Source: Rhynchopus sp. YZ270_cl-10
Lineage: Eukaryota
Direction of reading: 5' to 3'
DNA length: 64,000 bases
NCBI GenBank assembly: GCA_964035575.1
Contig: OZ037834.1
Coordinates: forward strand, 186,001 to 250,000
In this document: positions 33,087 through 44,600 of the stretch, piece after piece
How positions within the stretch are numbered: position 1 is the first letter of the stretch
How the letters are laid out: every line of letters starts with the position of its first letter
Translations under genes and position numbers: made by a program
The notes under the pieces: generated by a model
Database searches by the model: none
The model's input: the letters and a program-made list of their open reading frames with translations, nothing else
Told to the model about the DNA's origin: nothing

Positions 33087-35714
33087 ATGCCAACCATGTG
33101 CCGTCTTGTGACACTGCTCACGCTAGCTTCTGCTGTGAGTCGTTCCGTTGCCTACGAAGAACCTGACTGCCCCCTCCAGAACGTTGTGCACTTTGCTGAA
33201 AGCAGCGACTTCGACCCGAACCTTCCCCTCACATTCGGTGGTGGCATTGTGCTTGAGATGACGCTGACCACACCGAAGAAATATTCATACAAGGCACGTG
33301 TGTTCAGCTTTTCTAACTACGGTGAGGATGTTGTGAGTATGAGCACAGGGCGGAGTGGGTACTTATTGTTTGGTACCAGTCGGGGGTCTGGGAGGTGGTT
33401 GAGACTGAAAGCATCCAATTCTTACAACGGCAAGACATTCACAGTTCGTGCTGTGATCCTCCCAGGAATCACTGCAGACAGCACAAAGGGGAAGTGTTTC
33501 TTATACATCAACGGCACTCTCAGCAGTTCCGGAGACTGTCCCGTCCCAACCTTTCTGGAACGTCGTGCAAACTTCATTGGTTACGGCCTTAGCCACAACC
33601 CAACTTTTAATGGCACAGTTACAAGCTTCACACTGAAGGCGTGCAAGGTGACTGCAAGTGTGCCCACACCACTGCCATCCCCACAGTGTGTTCTCCAGAA
33701 CGTTGTGCACTTTGCTGAAAGCAGCGACTTCGACCCGAACCTTCCCCTCACATTCGGTGGTGGCATTGTGATTGAGATGACGCTGACCACACCAAGTACT
33801 TATTTATACGGGGCACGGCTGTTCAGCTTTTCCAACTACGGACGGGATGTTGTGCGGATGAACGTAATGTTTGGTGGGGCGATCTTTTTTGGTACCAGTC
33901 GGGGTTTTGGGAAAGTGTCGGGTGGCAGGTCACGTCCCGGTTTCAACGGCAAGACGTTCACAGTTCGTGCTGTGATCCTCCCAGGAAGCACTTCAGACAG
34001 CACAACGGGACAGTGTCTCTTGTACGTGAACGGCATTCTCAGCGCCTACGGAGTTTGTCCGGTCCCAACCTTTGTGGAACGTCGCGCAAACTTCATTGGT
34101 TACGACCTGAGCCACAACCCAACTTTTCAAGGCACAGTTGCAAACTTCACACTGAAGGCGTGCAAGGTGACTCCAAGTGTGCCCACACCACTGCCATCCC
34201 CACAGTGTGTTCTCCAGACCGTTGTGGACTTTGCTGAAAGCAGGGACTTCGACCCGAACCTTCCCCTCACATTCGGTGGTGGCATTGTGATTGAGGTGAC
34301 GCTGACCACACCAAATAGACCCTCGGGAAGAAGAACCCAGGCAGCTGTGTTCGGCTCTTCCAACAAAGGACAGGATGTTGTACGGATGGGCGTAGAGCCT
34401 CTTGGGCATTTAGCGTTTGCTGTCAATCGGGGGTCTGAGAAGTGGTGGATACTGGAGACATCCAGTGGTTTCAACGGCAAGACGTTCACAGTTCGTGTTG
34501 TGATCCTCCCAGGAAGCACTTCAGACAGCACAACGGGACAGTGTCTCTTGTACGTGAATGGCACTCTCAACGCCTACGGAGTTTGTCCCCTCCCAACCTT
34601 TGTGGAGCGTCGCAGAAACTACGTTGGTCACGACAAGTCTTTCATACACGTACCTTTTGAAGGCACAGTTTCAAACTTCACACTGAAGACGTGCAACGCG
34701 ACTGCAAGTGTGCCCACACCACTGCCATCCCCACAGTGCCCCCTCCAGAACGTTGTGCACTTTGCTGAAAGCAGGGACTTCGACCCGAACCTTCCCCTCA
34801 CATTTGGTGGTGGCATTGTGATTGAGATGACGCTGACCACACCAGGTACCTCTTCATACGAGGCAGATGTGTTCAGTTCTTCCACCAATGGACAGGATGT
34901 TGTGCGGATGAGCGTACAGTTTGGGAAGATCTATTTTGGTGTCAGTCGGGGTTCTGGAGATGTGAAGGGTATCACATCGCGTGATAGATACAACGGCAAG
35001 ACATTCACAGTTCGTGCTGTGATCTTCACAGGAAGCACTGCAGACAGCACAACGGGGAAGTGTCTCTTGTACATCAACACTGTGCTTCAGGCTGTCTATT
35101 CAAGCTGTCAAATCCCAAGGTGGGTGGAGAGGACGACAAACACCGTTGTCAACGACACTTCTAAGGGAATTGTTGCAGACTTCAGCATGCGTTCTTGCAA
35201 CGAGTCTCTGTACACACCTCAACCGGCAACGGCTGTGCCGGATACAGCGCTGCCGGACACCTTAGCACCCGACACTTCTGCACCGCCGCCGAGGACAGCA
35301 CACCCCGTCCCTCCTGGCGACAGTGCCGCACCGATGGTGCCGACAGCAGGCCCGAAGGGTGTTGTGACAGCACCCACAGCAGTGCCCACAGCCTTACACA
35401 CAGTAGTACCGACACCACTTCGTACCTCCGCACCCACAGCACTGAACAACGCAACTGACTTTGATGAAACAGACGCCCCAACGACTGCCGCACCAGAGAA
35501 GGACGACAGCGGGACACCGGGGTGGGTGTGGGTGATGGTTGGCCTGGGCGCCGTGGTTGTGCTGGTGGTGGGCGGTGTGCTGGTGTGGTTCTTCCGTCAT
35601 GGGAACGCCATGTCTCGGTGCACGTTCGACGAATTCATCCAGGCGGAAGCGGATCTGGGAGTTTCGGAGCTGCTCAACTCTGGTGTGGAAGACCCCTCTA
35701 CTGTCCACCTGTGA
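33087..35714 (+). CDS. Type I surface protein with 4 beta-sandwich repeats, paralog 3, 875 aa
   Basis: Same architecture. Variable loops are mostly shared with paralog 1. Confidence 0.88.
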   Translation: MPTMCRLVTLLTLASAVSRSVAYEEPDCPLQNVVHFAESSDFDPNLPLTFGGGIVLEMTLTTPKKYSYKARVFSFSNYGEDVVSMSTGRSGYLLFGTSRGSGRWLRLKASNSYNGKTFTVRAVILPGITADSTKGKCFLYINGTLSSSGDCPVPTFLERRANFIGYGLSHNPTFNGTVTSFTLKACKVTASVPTPLPSPQCVLQNVVHFAESSDFDPNLPLTFGGGIVIEMTLTTPSTYLYGARLFSFSNYGRDVVRMNVMFGGAIFFGTSRGFGKVSGGRSRPGFNGKTFTVRAVILPGSTSDSTTGQCLLYVNGILSAYGVCPVPTFVERRANFIGYDLSHNPTFQGTVANFTLKACKVTPSVPTPLPSPQCVLQTVVDFAESRDFDPNLPLTFGGGIVIEVTLTTPNRPSGRRTQAAVFGSSNKGQDVVRMGVEPLGHLAFAVNRGSEKWWILETSSGFNGKTFTVRVVILPGSTSDSTTGQCLLYVNGTLNAYGVCPLPTFVERRRNYVGHDKSFIHVPFEGTVSNFTLKTCNATASVPTPLPSPQCPLQNVVHFAESRDFDPNLPLTFGGGIVIEMTLTTPGTSSYEADVFSSSTNGQDVVRMSVQFGKIYFGVSRGSGDVKGITSRDRYNGKTFTVRAVIFTGSTADSTTGKCLLYINTVLQAVYSSCQIPRWVERTTNTVVNDTSKGIVADFSMRSCNESLYTPQPATAVPDTALPDTLAPDTSAPPPRTAHPVPPGDSAAPMVPTAGPKGVVTAPTAVPTALHTVVPTPLRTSAPTALNNATDFDETDAPTTAAPEKDDSGTPGWVWVMVGLGAVVVLVVGGVLVWFFRHGNAMSRCTFDEFIQAEADLGVSELLNSGVEDPSTVHL

Positions 35715-37130
35715 GCTCACAACTCTTCAACGGAAGGTGGGCCGCCGGCTGACGAGCGGTTGTTGTGCCGCCCCCGTTCACACTACGGTACGGGTAAGTC
35801 TACTTTGGTTTCTTTTTTTACATCTTCTGTTGGCCGCAGGGCACTTGTGCTTTCATCCGGGGCTGGCATCGTGCAGTGGGTCAGTCGGAGGTGCCTGCAT
35901 CAATAACTTCACTTCTTTTTTTGTTTTGGCCGTGAACGCTTGACGGACCAAGAGGACATTTATGTCCATTCAATTACTTTAACACGGATTTTACTCGGAC
36001 TTTTTCAGTGTTTTTCAATGGAAATATTTGATGTGAAATCTTTCCAAAGAAGCAAGATTCAATTTATTTTGACACTCTCATACACTGCCACAAAATCGAG
36101 GTATTTTCAAATTTTCTTCTTTTTCGGCATATTTTGGGAATTCCAACTTTGAGGCACTTTTTGCACAGAACCTCATGTGCTGCCACACAATGTCCACCAA
36201 AAGGTTCCCTGTGTACCTGTTTATCGATGCTTCACGCAATGGTACGTGGACGCCGTTTTTGTTTCGCCAGATACAAGATAGCATGTCTTATGTTTCTTTA
36301 ACCGTGTTTCAAAAAAGTATGGACCAGAAAAAATATGGACCAGAATAGTTATGGACCTTTTGCCGTGGGCAGCGTGCCAACTAAACAAAAGACGACGAGG
36401 TGTTCATTATTTTTTAATGGACCAATTTTTCTGGTCCCTACTTTTTCAAAACACGGTACTTATTCCTCTTAACCCTCTCCCCTGCTCTTTGCTTTAGAAA
36501 TCCTGTGGTACATGTACATGTATGTGTATGAACAGGGTCGATAAAGGTTTGTTTTCTCTTCTTCATTCAAGAAGAAGTGAAAAAAGTATTGCGTACTGAC
36601 TTTCACCCATCAAGAGTGGGTGAAAGTGATTTCAGATACAATACATACTGATTTCAAATACCCTCCATTCGCCACCTCGCAAGGGAGGTATCCAACCATG
36701 TTTGTTGTTATTGTCGTTATTGTTGTTATTTGCTTTGTTTGCTTGCTTTTCCGACGAAATAGCTTTCTCTCTTTTTTCCTTGTTTTCGTTTCTTTTGACT
36801 GAACATGTATCTAAAAAAGGAAGAGTTTTTTTTTTTTTTTGTTTTTTATATCAAGGAAACAGAAACGACGGAAGGTGCGTGCCCGCCAGCTTGTGTTTCC
36901 TCACCCACTGTTTCTCTCAGACACAACACACCCTTTCTAGAAAAAAACGCATCAAACTTGCGGAGTGAGAAAAGTTGTTTTTCACTGTTTTCCTTTTATT
37001 CATATTTCTACGAAGCTTGCTTTAAGGAGAAATAGTATTACCGTGTACGGTCGCCAATCATCCCTCAAACAGGAGGATTGTGCAATCAACGAAAAACAAC
37101 TTTACCTTACCTACCCGATCCTACTATTTA

Positions 37131-37487
37131 CCGTAATCGTAAAAATTCTGGGGCGTAAAAATGACCCAAATTTCAGATTTTTCCCCAATTGTCCCAGTTT
37201 TGTTACGTCCCAGAATTGTTCGGGCGGTTTTCCGGGTACTTGTCAATTTTTGGGGGTGTGGGTGGTTGGCGGAGGGATCATAGCCGGCCCAAGTAGGACA
37301 TGTTTGGGTTTGCACCGAAGTGCATGGGTGAGGGAGGGGGGAAGGTCACACAGACAATTCTGGGACGTAAATATTCTGGGAGTAAAAATGTCCCAAGTTT
37401 AAAAAAGTCCAAAATGTCCCAGTTTTGTTACGTCCCAGAATATTTACGTCCCAAAAATTTTGCGCCCCAGAATTCTTACGATTACGG
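37131..37487. mobile_element. MITE with CCGTA termini and a TA TSD (pogo/Tigger-like)
   Basis: TIR CCGTAATCGTAA(A/G)AATTCTGGGGCG. The empty site CTACTATTTATATCC is present in the paralogous segment near 38169. Smaller CCGT...ACGG MITEs occur near 15259, 26324, 27001, 31637, 32314, 36302 and 49629. Confidence 0.85.
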
Positions 37488-38634
37488 TATATCCTGAAGT
37501 CAGTTTCTAGTTTATTTTAATTTGGCTTTTCAGCAGGCTTACGATTATCCTAGCCAAACTTTTTAGGGACACGAGAGGGATTTTGTATTTCAAGTCAACT
37601 TTTCATGGTGTACCAAAGTACACTGTCTGCCACACAATGTAAAGGTGCCCTGGGGAATCTTGACATAGGTAGAGGGCGTCACCTCAAACTGCCACAGGCA
37701 AACTCGTTGCTCACTTTTGACCACCTGTGGTGATCTTTGAGCCCCCAGTTAATCCCAAAAAAAGAAAAAGCCAAAAAACCGCCCCCTCCAACCCCCCTTT
37801 GAAAAAACCCTGAAAATTAGTAAACCGGGTTTCCCGGTTTTCAAAACCTGTATACCAGCATTTTAAGCTCCCCTGTTTTTGTTTTGTAAATCAAGGAAAG
37901 AGAAACGACGGACGGTGCGTGCGTGCCCGCCAGTTTGTGTTTCCTCACCCACTGTTTCTCTCAGACACAACACGCTTCATCGAAAAAAACGCATACAAGC
38001 TTCCGATGCGATAAACGAAAAAGTTGTTTTTCATTGTTTCGCTTTATTCTTATTTCTACGAAGCTTGCTTTAAGGAGAAATAGTATTACCGGGTACGGTG
38101 GCCAATCATCCCTCAAACAGGAGGATTGTGCAATCAACGAAAAACAACTTTACCTTACCTACCCGATCCTACTATTTATATCCCGAAGTTAGTTTCTAGT
38201 TTATTTTAATTTGGCTTTTCAGCAGGCTTACGATTATCCTAACCAACTTTTTAGGGCAACGAGAGGGATTTTGTATTTCAAGTCAAATTTCCACGGTGTA
38301 CCAAAGTACACTGTCAGAGAGGCTTGTAGTTCAAGAGACCTTTTCTTTTGCTCTAATGCGATAAAGATGGTGGTCAAAGATACGCACATGAACATTCATC
38401 AGCAGTACTGCACCATTGTACCCTTCCTCTCTCTTCCCAAGCTCTGTTTTTGCATCCACATTTCAAAATATTTCAGAGGAAAAACAAAAAAGAAGAAAAA
38501 ATGGATCATCACACCACACAATTCATCTAATACCACTCCCCCCTATATATCACCCATTTTTAACCCAGGCACCATTTTTTTTTTCTCTCTTTTTCTGCCA
38601 CCCCAACCACCACCACTCTTCCCCATACACGGCA

Positions 38635-41600
38635 ATGCATTTCGTTTCACCTTTGGTGGGGGTTCTGGTTGTCCTTACCGCGACCACTACAAATGCGGTT
38701 GACAGCGTAACCCTTGCGGCGGGGTTTATCTCACGACATGGTGACCGAGAGATCCTCACGAAAAGCGGGTTCACCGAGTACACAGAGGGGATCCTTACCC
38801 CGCAAGGATATACACGAATGACGGCGTTAGGTAAACACATCCGCGAGACCGTCGGAGAAAGGCTGCACCCAAAGATTTCATCATTAAACTACAATGAAGC
38901 GCACAAAATGATTAAGGTCTCGAGCTCTGGGTTTGACCGTACCATTTCATCGGGGAATGCGATTTTAGAAGGTTTATTAGGAAATCTGAGCAAACGTCCT
39001 GTAGTATTCTCAGAAAAGGATGAGGAGGACATTACCCTGCGTGCATATGCAAAGTGTAAGTCATTTCAAGATTCTGTACAAAGATTGCGTGCGAACGAGT
39101 CGTACGCACTGATGGAGACACAGACGAGAAAGGAACGGGAACAGGCAGCGTTGTACGCGGGTATTCCGATTGAACAGGCGGACGACTTTGACGAAGTGTG
39201 GAACATCTATGATGGGCTGTTAGTCATGCTCTCAGACGGCAGGGGTGAGGACAATGAAACGCTTGCCCACATCGACACAATGAAGCGTGTGCTCGACTAT
39301 GTGGCAACGTATGAATATCAAGCGGCAAGACACCACCCAGTGATGGGTGTCTTCCTGAAGGAAGTGAACGACTTCATCGAGTCTGTATCCGACACCTCCT
39401 CGGAAACGCCAGTGTATAGACATTGGGTAGCGCATTATCCGACTCTCGTATGTTGTTTTATTATTATATTCCGTCTTTTGTGAGGAGGAGGGGAGGCGCT
39501 TCAATAAAAGAGTGTTTCAGGGCAATAAAAGATGTGAGAGGAAGAGAGAGAGAGAGAGGGAGACAGGCATTTGCGTGGCAAAAGGTTTCAAAATAATGAG
39601 GAAAATAGAAAAATAAAGCGTTTTTTTTTTTTTGAACACACTTTGCGGTTCTGAGGAGCGAACCGTGCTGCAGAGCCCGCGCCTCACCAAACAGGTCGAG
39701 GTGCGTTTCACCACCTTTTCTTGCTTTTTCCGGGGGGGGTGTGGGAAGTGATTCTATCCCATTTCATTTGTGGGGCTGCTGACGCCTCTACGGCCAGAAC
39801 CCAGTCTTAGATGTAACACATAACAACCCTTCACACGCAGATGGCATTCATGAACCTCATCGGCCTGGACGTCAAGGGAGTGCCTGGGTTCGGTATGCAT
39901 TTTTTTTAAAACCTTCACTCCTTTTCCATTTTGCCTTTTTTTTTGATGACCATTGGGCTTCCCTCTTCCCTCTTCCCTCTTCCCTCTTCCCTCTTCCCTC
40001 TTCCCTCTTCCCTCTTCCCTCTTCCCTCTTCCCTCTTCCCTCTTCCCTCTTCCCTCTTCCCTCTTCCCTCTTCCCTCTTCCCTCTTCCCTCTTCCCTCTT
40101 CCCTCTTCCCTCTTCCCTCTTCCCTCTTCCCTCTTCCCTCTTCCCTCTTCCCTCTTCCCTCTTCCCTCTTCCCTCTTCCCTCTTCCCTCTTCCCTCTTCC
40201 CTCTTCCCTCTTCCCTCTTCCCTCTTCCCTCTTCCCTCTTCCCTCTTCCCTCTTCCCTCTTCCCTCTTCCCTCTTCCCTCTTCCCTCTTCCCTCTTCCCT
40301 CTTCCCTCTTCCCTCTTCCCTCTTCCCTCTTCCCTCTTCCCTCTTCCCTCTTCCCTCTTCCCTCTTCCCTCTTCCCTCTTCCCTCTTCCCTCTTCCCTCT
40401 TCCCTCTTCCCTCTTCCCTCTTCCCTCTTCCCTCTTCCCTCTTCCCTCTTCCCTCTTCCCTCTTCCCTCTTCCCTCTTCCCTCTTCCCTCTTCCCTCTTC
40501 CCTCTTCCCTCTTCCCTCTTCCCTCTTCCCTCTTCCCTTTTCCCTCTTCCCTCTTCCCTCTTCCCTCTTCCCTCTTCCCTCTTCCCTCTTCCCTCTTCCC
40601 TCTTCCCTCTTCCCTCTTCCCTCTTCCCTCTTCCCTCTTCCCTCTTCCCTCTTCCCTCTTCCCTCTTCCCTCTTCCCTCTTCCCTCTTCCCTCTTCCCTC
40701 TTCCCTCTTCCCTCTTCCCTCTTCCCTCTTCCCTCTTCCCTCTTCCCTCTTCCCTCTTCCCTCTTCCCTCTTCCCTCTTCCCTCTTCCCTCTTCCCTCTT
40801 CCCTCTTCCCTCTTCCCTCTTCCCTCTTCCCTCTTCCCTCTTCCCTCTCTCAAGTACGAAGTAAGGAGCTATAGCTACGACTTGAGAGATCTAGATAATA
40901 CTATTCCAAAAATGAATGCTTCTACCCTTTTTTGATTCTTAAACAATACCACTTCAGCGGAGCTGAAGGTTGGAAGGGGAGGGGGGGATGGTTAGGGACA
41001 CAAAAATCACTCATCTTCATCAGAAAAATTCTTGTTTTTTGCTCCCCTACCCAACTTACCTCTCTTCCCCCACACACCATGTCTTTCCACAATATTTTGG
41101 AAGAATTCCTGAACGCCCCCAAGAAGGAGTTCTCCTTCACGCACTCTGGCATCAGCGAGAACTGGCTTAAGGGAGCTCCCGACTCCCTGAAGTCAAACTT
41201 CAAAAGCTGCAAGTGCACCGGGGAGCTCGTCGGAATGGTGTGGGAGTGTTTCGGGGACCTGGAGGAGTTGGAGATTGCGACTGCCCGCAAAGTGTGCGAG
41301 ACACTGACGCGTACGGAGCCGGGCTCCTGGGACAGCGTCGCGGATCGCCGTATCGCGCTGTTCGTCCCTGCTGCCTATAAGGCAATGGGGGAGGAGGACT
41401 TCGGGAAAGCGTTGGAGGACGGTGACCTCCCTTCTTCTCCTGATGTGAACGTGGCGGGGCCGGACGGCACGGACGACGAAGCGAAGAAAGAGGAAAGAAG
41501 AACTTTCTCGCTTCGCCCCATCTCCGCGTCCCCCGCTCCTAGGAGCGCGGCAGGAGGGGGTGTGTCGGCCGTGTCGCAGCTGTTCGACAAATGTCTGAAA

Positions 41601-44600
41601 GAGGAGGAGGAGGAGGAGGAGGCGAAGAAGGAGGGTACTTTGCTGGTGCCCCTGCCGACGCAGTCCTCAGGAGTGCCCAACTTGGTGAAGCGGGACAGCG
41701 CCAAATGGGCAGCGCTTGATGCCTCGGGTAGAGCGGAGTTAGTCGCCCTCATCCGGACGGAGCTCGTGCCGGGGAAGGCGGGGGACGCACGCGATGCCGC
41801 CCTCATGCTGACCGACATTGTGGCCATTCTCCTTCGGGGGGGCACCGTGGACCAGGTGCTAGAGAAATGCCTCGTGGGCATTCTCTTCTTCAACCTCCGC
41901 GAGGAAAAGGGAATTAGGGCTGCGAAGAAATTCCAGTCTACCGTGGAGGTTGAAGAGAGCACTGGCACCAAGCTGAAGTCTGCGTTGTTGGCAGCGGACA
42001 AGGCCGGAACCAAATACGGAAACGGAAACGGAAACGGAAACGGCAACGGGTACCAGGGCAGGAGCAGGGCGCCGAAGAGGAAAGCGGAGACGCAGGGGAA
42101 CAGGACCAATGCGGAGGGAACCTCTCATTTTCGTCGCTTCAACACAGGCAGCAGACGCTTCTGAAGCCCCTGTCCCAGGGCACTTCGGCGAAGTCGAAAC
42201 GGCCCCTGTCCCAGGGAGCCTTAGTGAACACACAGTCCCTGTCCCAGGGCACATTAGCGAACACACAGTCTCTGTCCCAGAGCACCTCAATCACACTGTC
42301 CCCATCCCAACACATATCAAACAAAAAGCCCCTGTCCCAGGGCACCTCAAACTCTCGGTCCCTGTCCCAGGGCCAGCACTCGAAAATAGAGAAGTCCCTG
42401 TCCCAGGGCGCATTAGCGAACACACAGTCCCGGTTCCAGGGCACCCCAAAGAACGTGAAGAAGCCCCTGTTCCAGGGCACACGAGTGAACAATCAGTCCC
42501 CGTCCCGGGGCACACACACGGTGGAAAAATCCCTGTTTCAAAGCACATCACCCACAAAGTCCCTGTTCCAGGGCTCGCGCATAAGAGCGACAAAGTCCCT
42601 GCCCCAGGGCACAAAAAGCAAAACGACCCAGCCCCAGAGCAGCGGAGAGGATGCACAGACTATGGCCCAGGGCACACCAAAGCGATCAGGGGATACGCAG
42701 ACACCTCCTCCCGCACCTCCACCAACGTTTCCACGACGAAAGGGGAACGAGATGCGAAAGACGGAGACAACGCAGAGGTTGACGAACGAGACCACGTTTT
42801 TTACTACGCGCAACGGAAAGGAGTTGGGAAAGCTGATTCAGCAAAAGCTATCCTGGGACGAGATACCGTTATACGCGACCGCACCCTCCACCTTCTCCAA
42901 AAACCAGAGCCTACTGCGACGCTTCAAAACTTTCGCTGCGGAGAACCTTCCAGGAGAATGCAAGCTGAGCGAGGCGATATGCCGGTTCGCATGGTGGTCA
43001 CTGGGGAGCGCAAACCCGAAGTCCGTAGCGAACTACATCGGAAAACTATGCAAATCCCTAATGCAGGAAGGACACAAGGGGGTTCGGACCAAGCAGGTAC
43101 TTCTTTTCAAAAGAGCACTCATCCGACTGTCCACCTACATCCGTCCCAACCGCGCTCTTCCCGTCAAGACGGGGGACATCAAAGGCGCACTTCGTTCTCT
43201 GATTGCGAAGGGGCGGGAAGACTCGGCCGCGATGTTAGCCACAGCTTGGGTGACTCGGTGCAGGATACCGGACCTGCGTTTCCTCACGAGCGAGGACGTT
43301 CGCGAAATGGGGGGAGGGGACGATGTGACGAAGGTGGGGTTGGGAATCTTTGCGAAAGACAAAGGGCGGATGACCTGGTCGCCTGCGGTGTACATGCCAC
43401 CAGGTCCGCTTACAGCAATCGCCGTGGGGTTTTGGAGGAAGCAGCTCAGGGGGGTATGCGTGTTCGGGGGGGAAGGTCGGCAGTACGAGAGGGTGAAGAG
43501 GGAGATACGGGAAGCGATGCCCGGCGACGCATGGTTACACTCCACAAAACGAGGAGCAGCACAGGAGATGGATGGGGCGCTGGTGGGGGACGAGGAGAAC
43601 ACACATGCGGAGACAATGCAACAGGCCCTCCGCCACAAAAACGCCTCTACAACTCTGTTCTATTTGGACGAGTTGAATCCCAGAAAACGTCAGGCGCAGA
43701 CGAAGCTGCTGAGGCCGCTGCAGTGAAGCACCAAGATGCGATCTTGTCGGACATGATCGAACACTTGTCCAGAAGATACGAGGAGAGGGCTGACCGGGTG
43801 GAGGAGGACGTCGGAAGCTCGTTCGGATATATGTCTTTGCAACCGAACGCACCAGGGAAAAGAGACAAGCTAGACTCTTTCCCGAAGGGAACCCTTGCGG
43901 TGGACAGGCTGAGAGAACTGGCGGTGGGGGCAAAACAGGACACGGAATTCCTCAAGTGGATCACCGACCCTGAAGCCATACCCAAGGCCCAGACGAAGCA
44001 CATTTCGGTGCCGGGACCAAAATCGGATTTGCGACCCTCTTTTGTGCAGCAGTGTCTGAAAGCTGGTGTTATCCAACAGCTAAGAAGACAGGAAAAGGCA
44101 CAGGGGATGGTGGCAGTTTTTACAACACCGAAGAAGGATCCGCACATCCACCGCACCATCATCGACGGACGCCCAATCAACCAGGCAATGCAGAAACCAC
44201 CTAAGTTCTCATTATTCTCCCCCCCAGACTTGAGCAAAAAACTGAGAAAGGTAGGGGCTAGGTTTGGATGTGTGGTGGACATGAAAGGATGGTTTCACCA
44301 GTTCAGGTTGTGCGAGGAGACAGCTTCATTTTTTGTTTTTCGAAACGGTACAACGTGGTACAAATGGACCCGCCTTCCAATGGGGTGGGCGTACGCACCG
44401 CTGGTGGCCCAACGGGGATCGGAAGCTTTGGTGGGAGAGATGCTACAATGGGCTGCAGTTTACCTGGACGACATCCTGATTGTCGGATGTAGCGTAGAAG
44501 AATGTACGGCTCGCACTAAGCTGCTACTCGAAAGGATTGCATACGTGGGAGGTGAGATCAACACAGCAAAATCTTCTCTCTCCCCCTCTCCCGTCGTCAT

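Larger units (their letters stand above)
22728..36700 (+). repeat. Tandem segmental triplication (about 4.7-5.3 kb units) carrying the surface-protein genes
   Basis: Intergenic 25619-27330 and 30932-32643 appear essentially identical. A more diverged third copy follows 35714. Confidence 0.9.

Noticed and set aside
23315..35720. Many antisense and alternate-frame ORFs over the surface genes
   Set aside because: Shadow ORFs of the GC-rich + strand CDSs.
40932..41078. Upstream TTG start for gag
   Set aside because: It lies within terminal repeat A. ATG 41079 just after the repeat is more plausible.
42167..42675. CRISPR-like repeat-spacer array
   Set aside because: Repeats are degenerate, linkers are short and related to each other, the array is in-frame within ORFs, and there are no cas genes.
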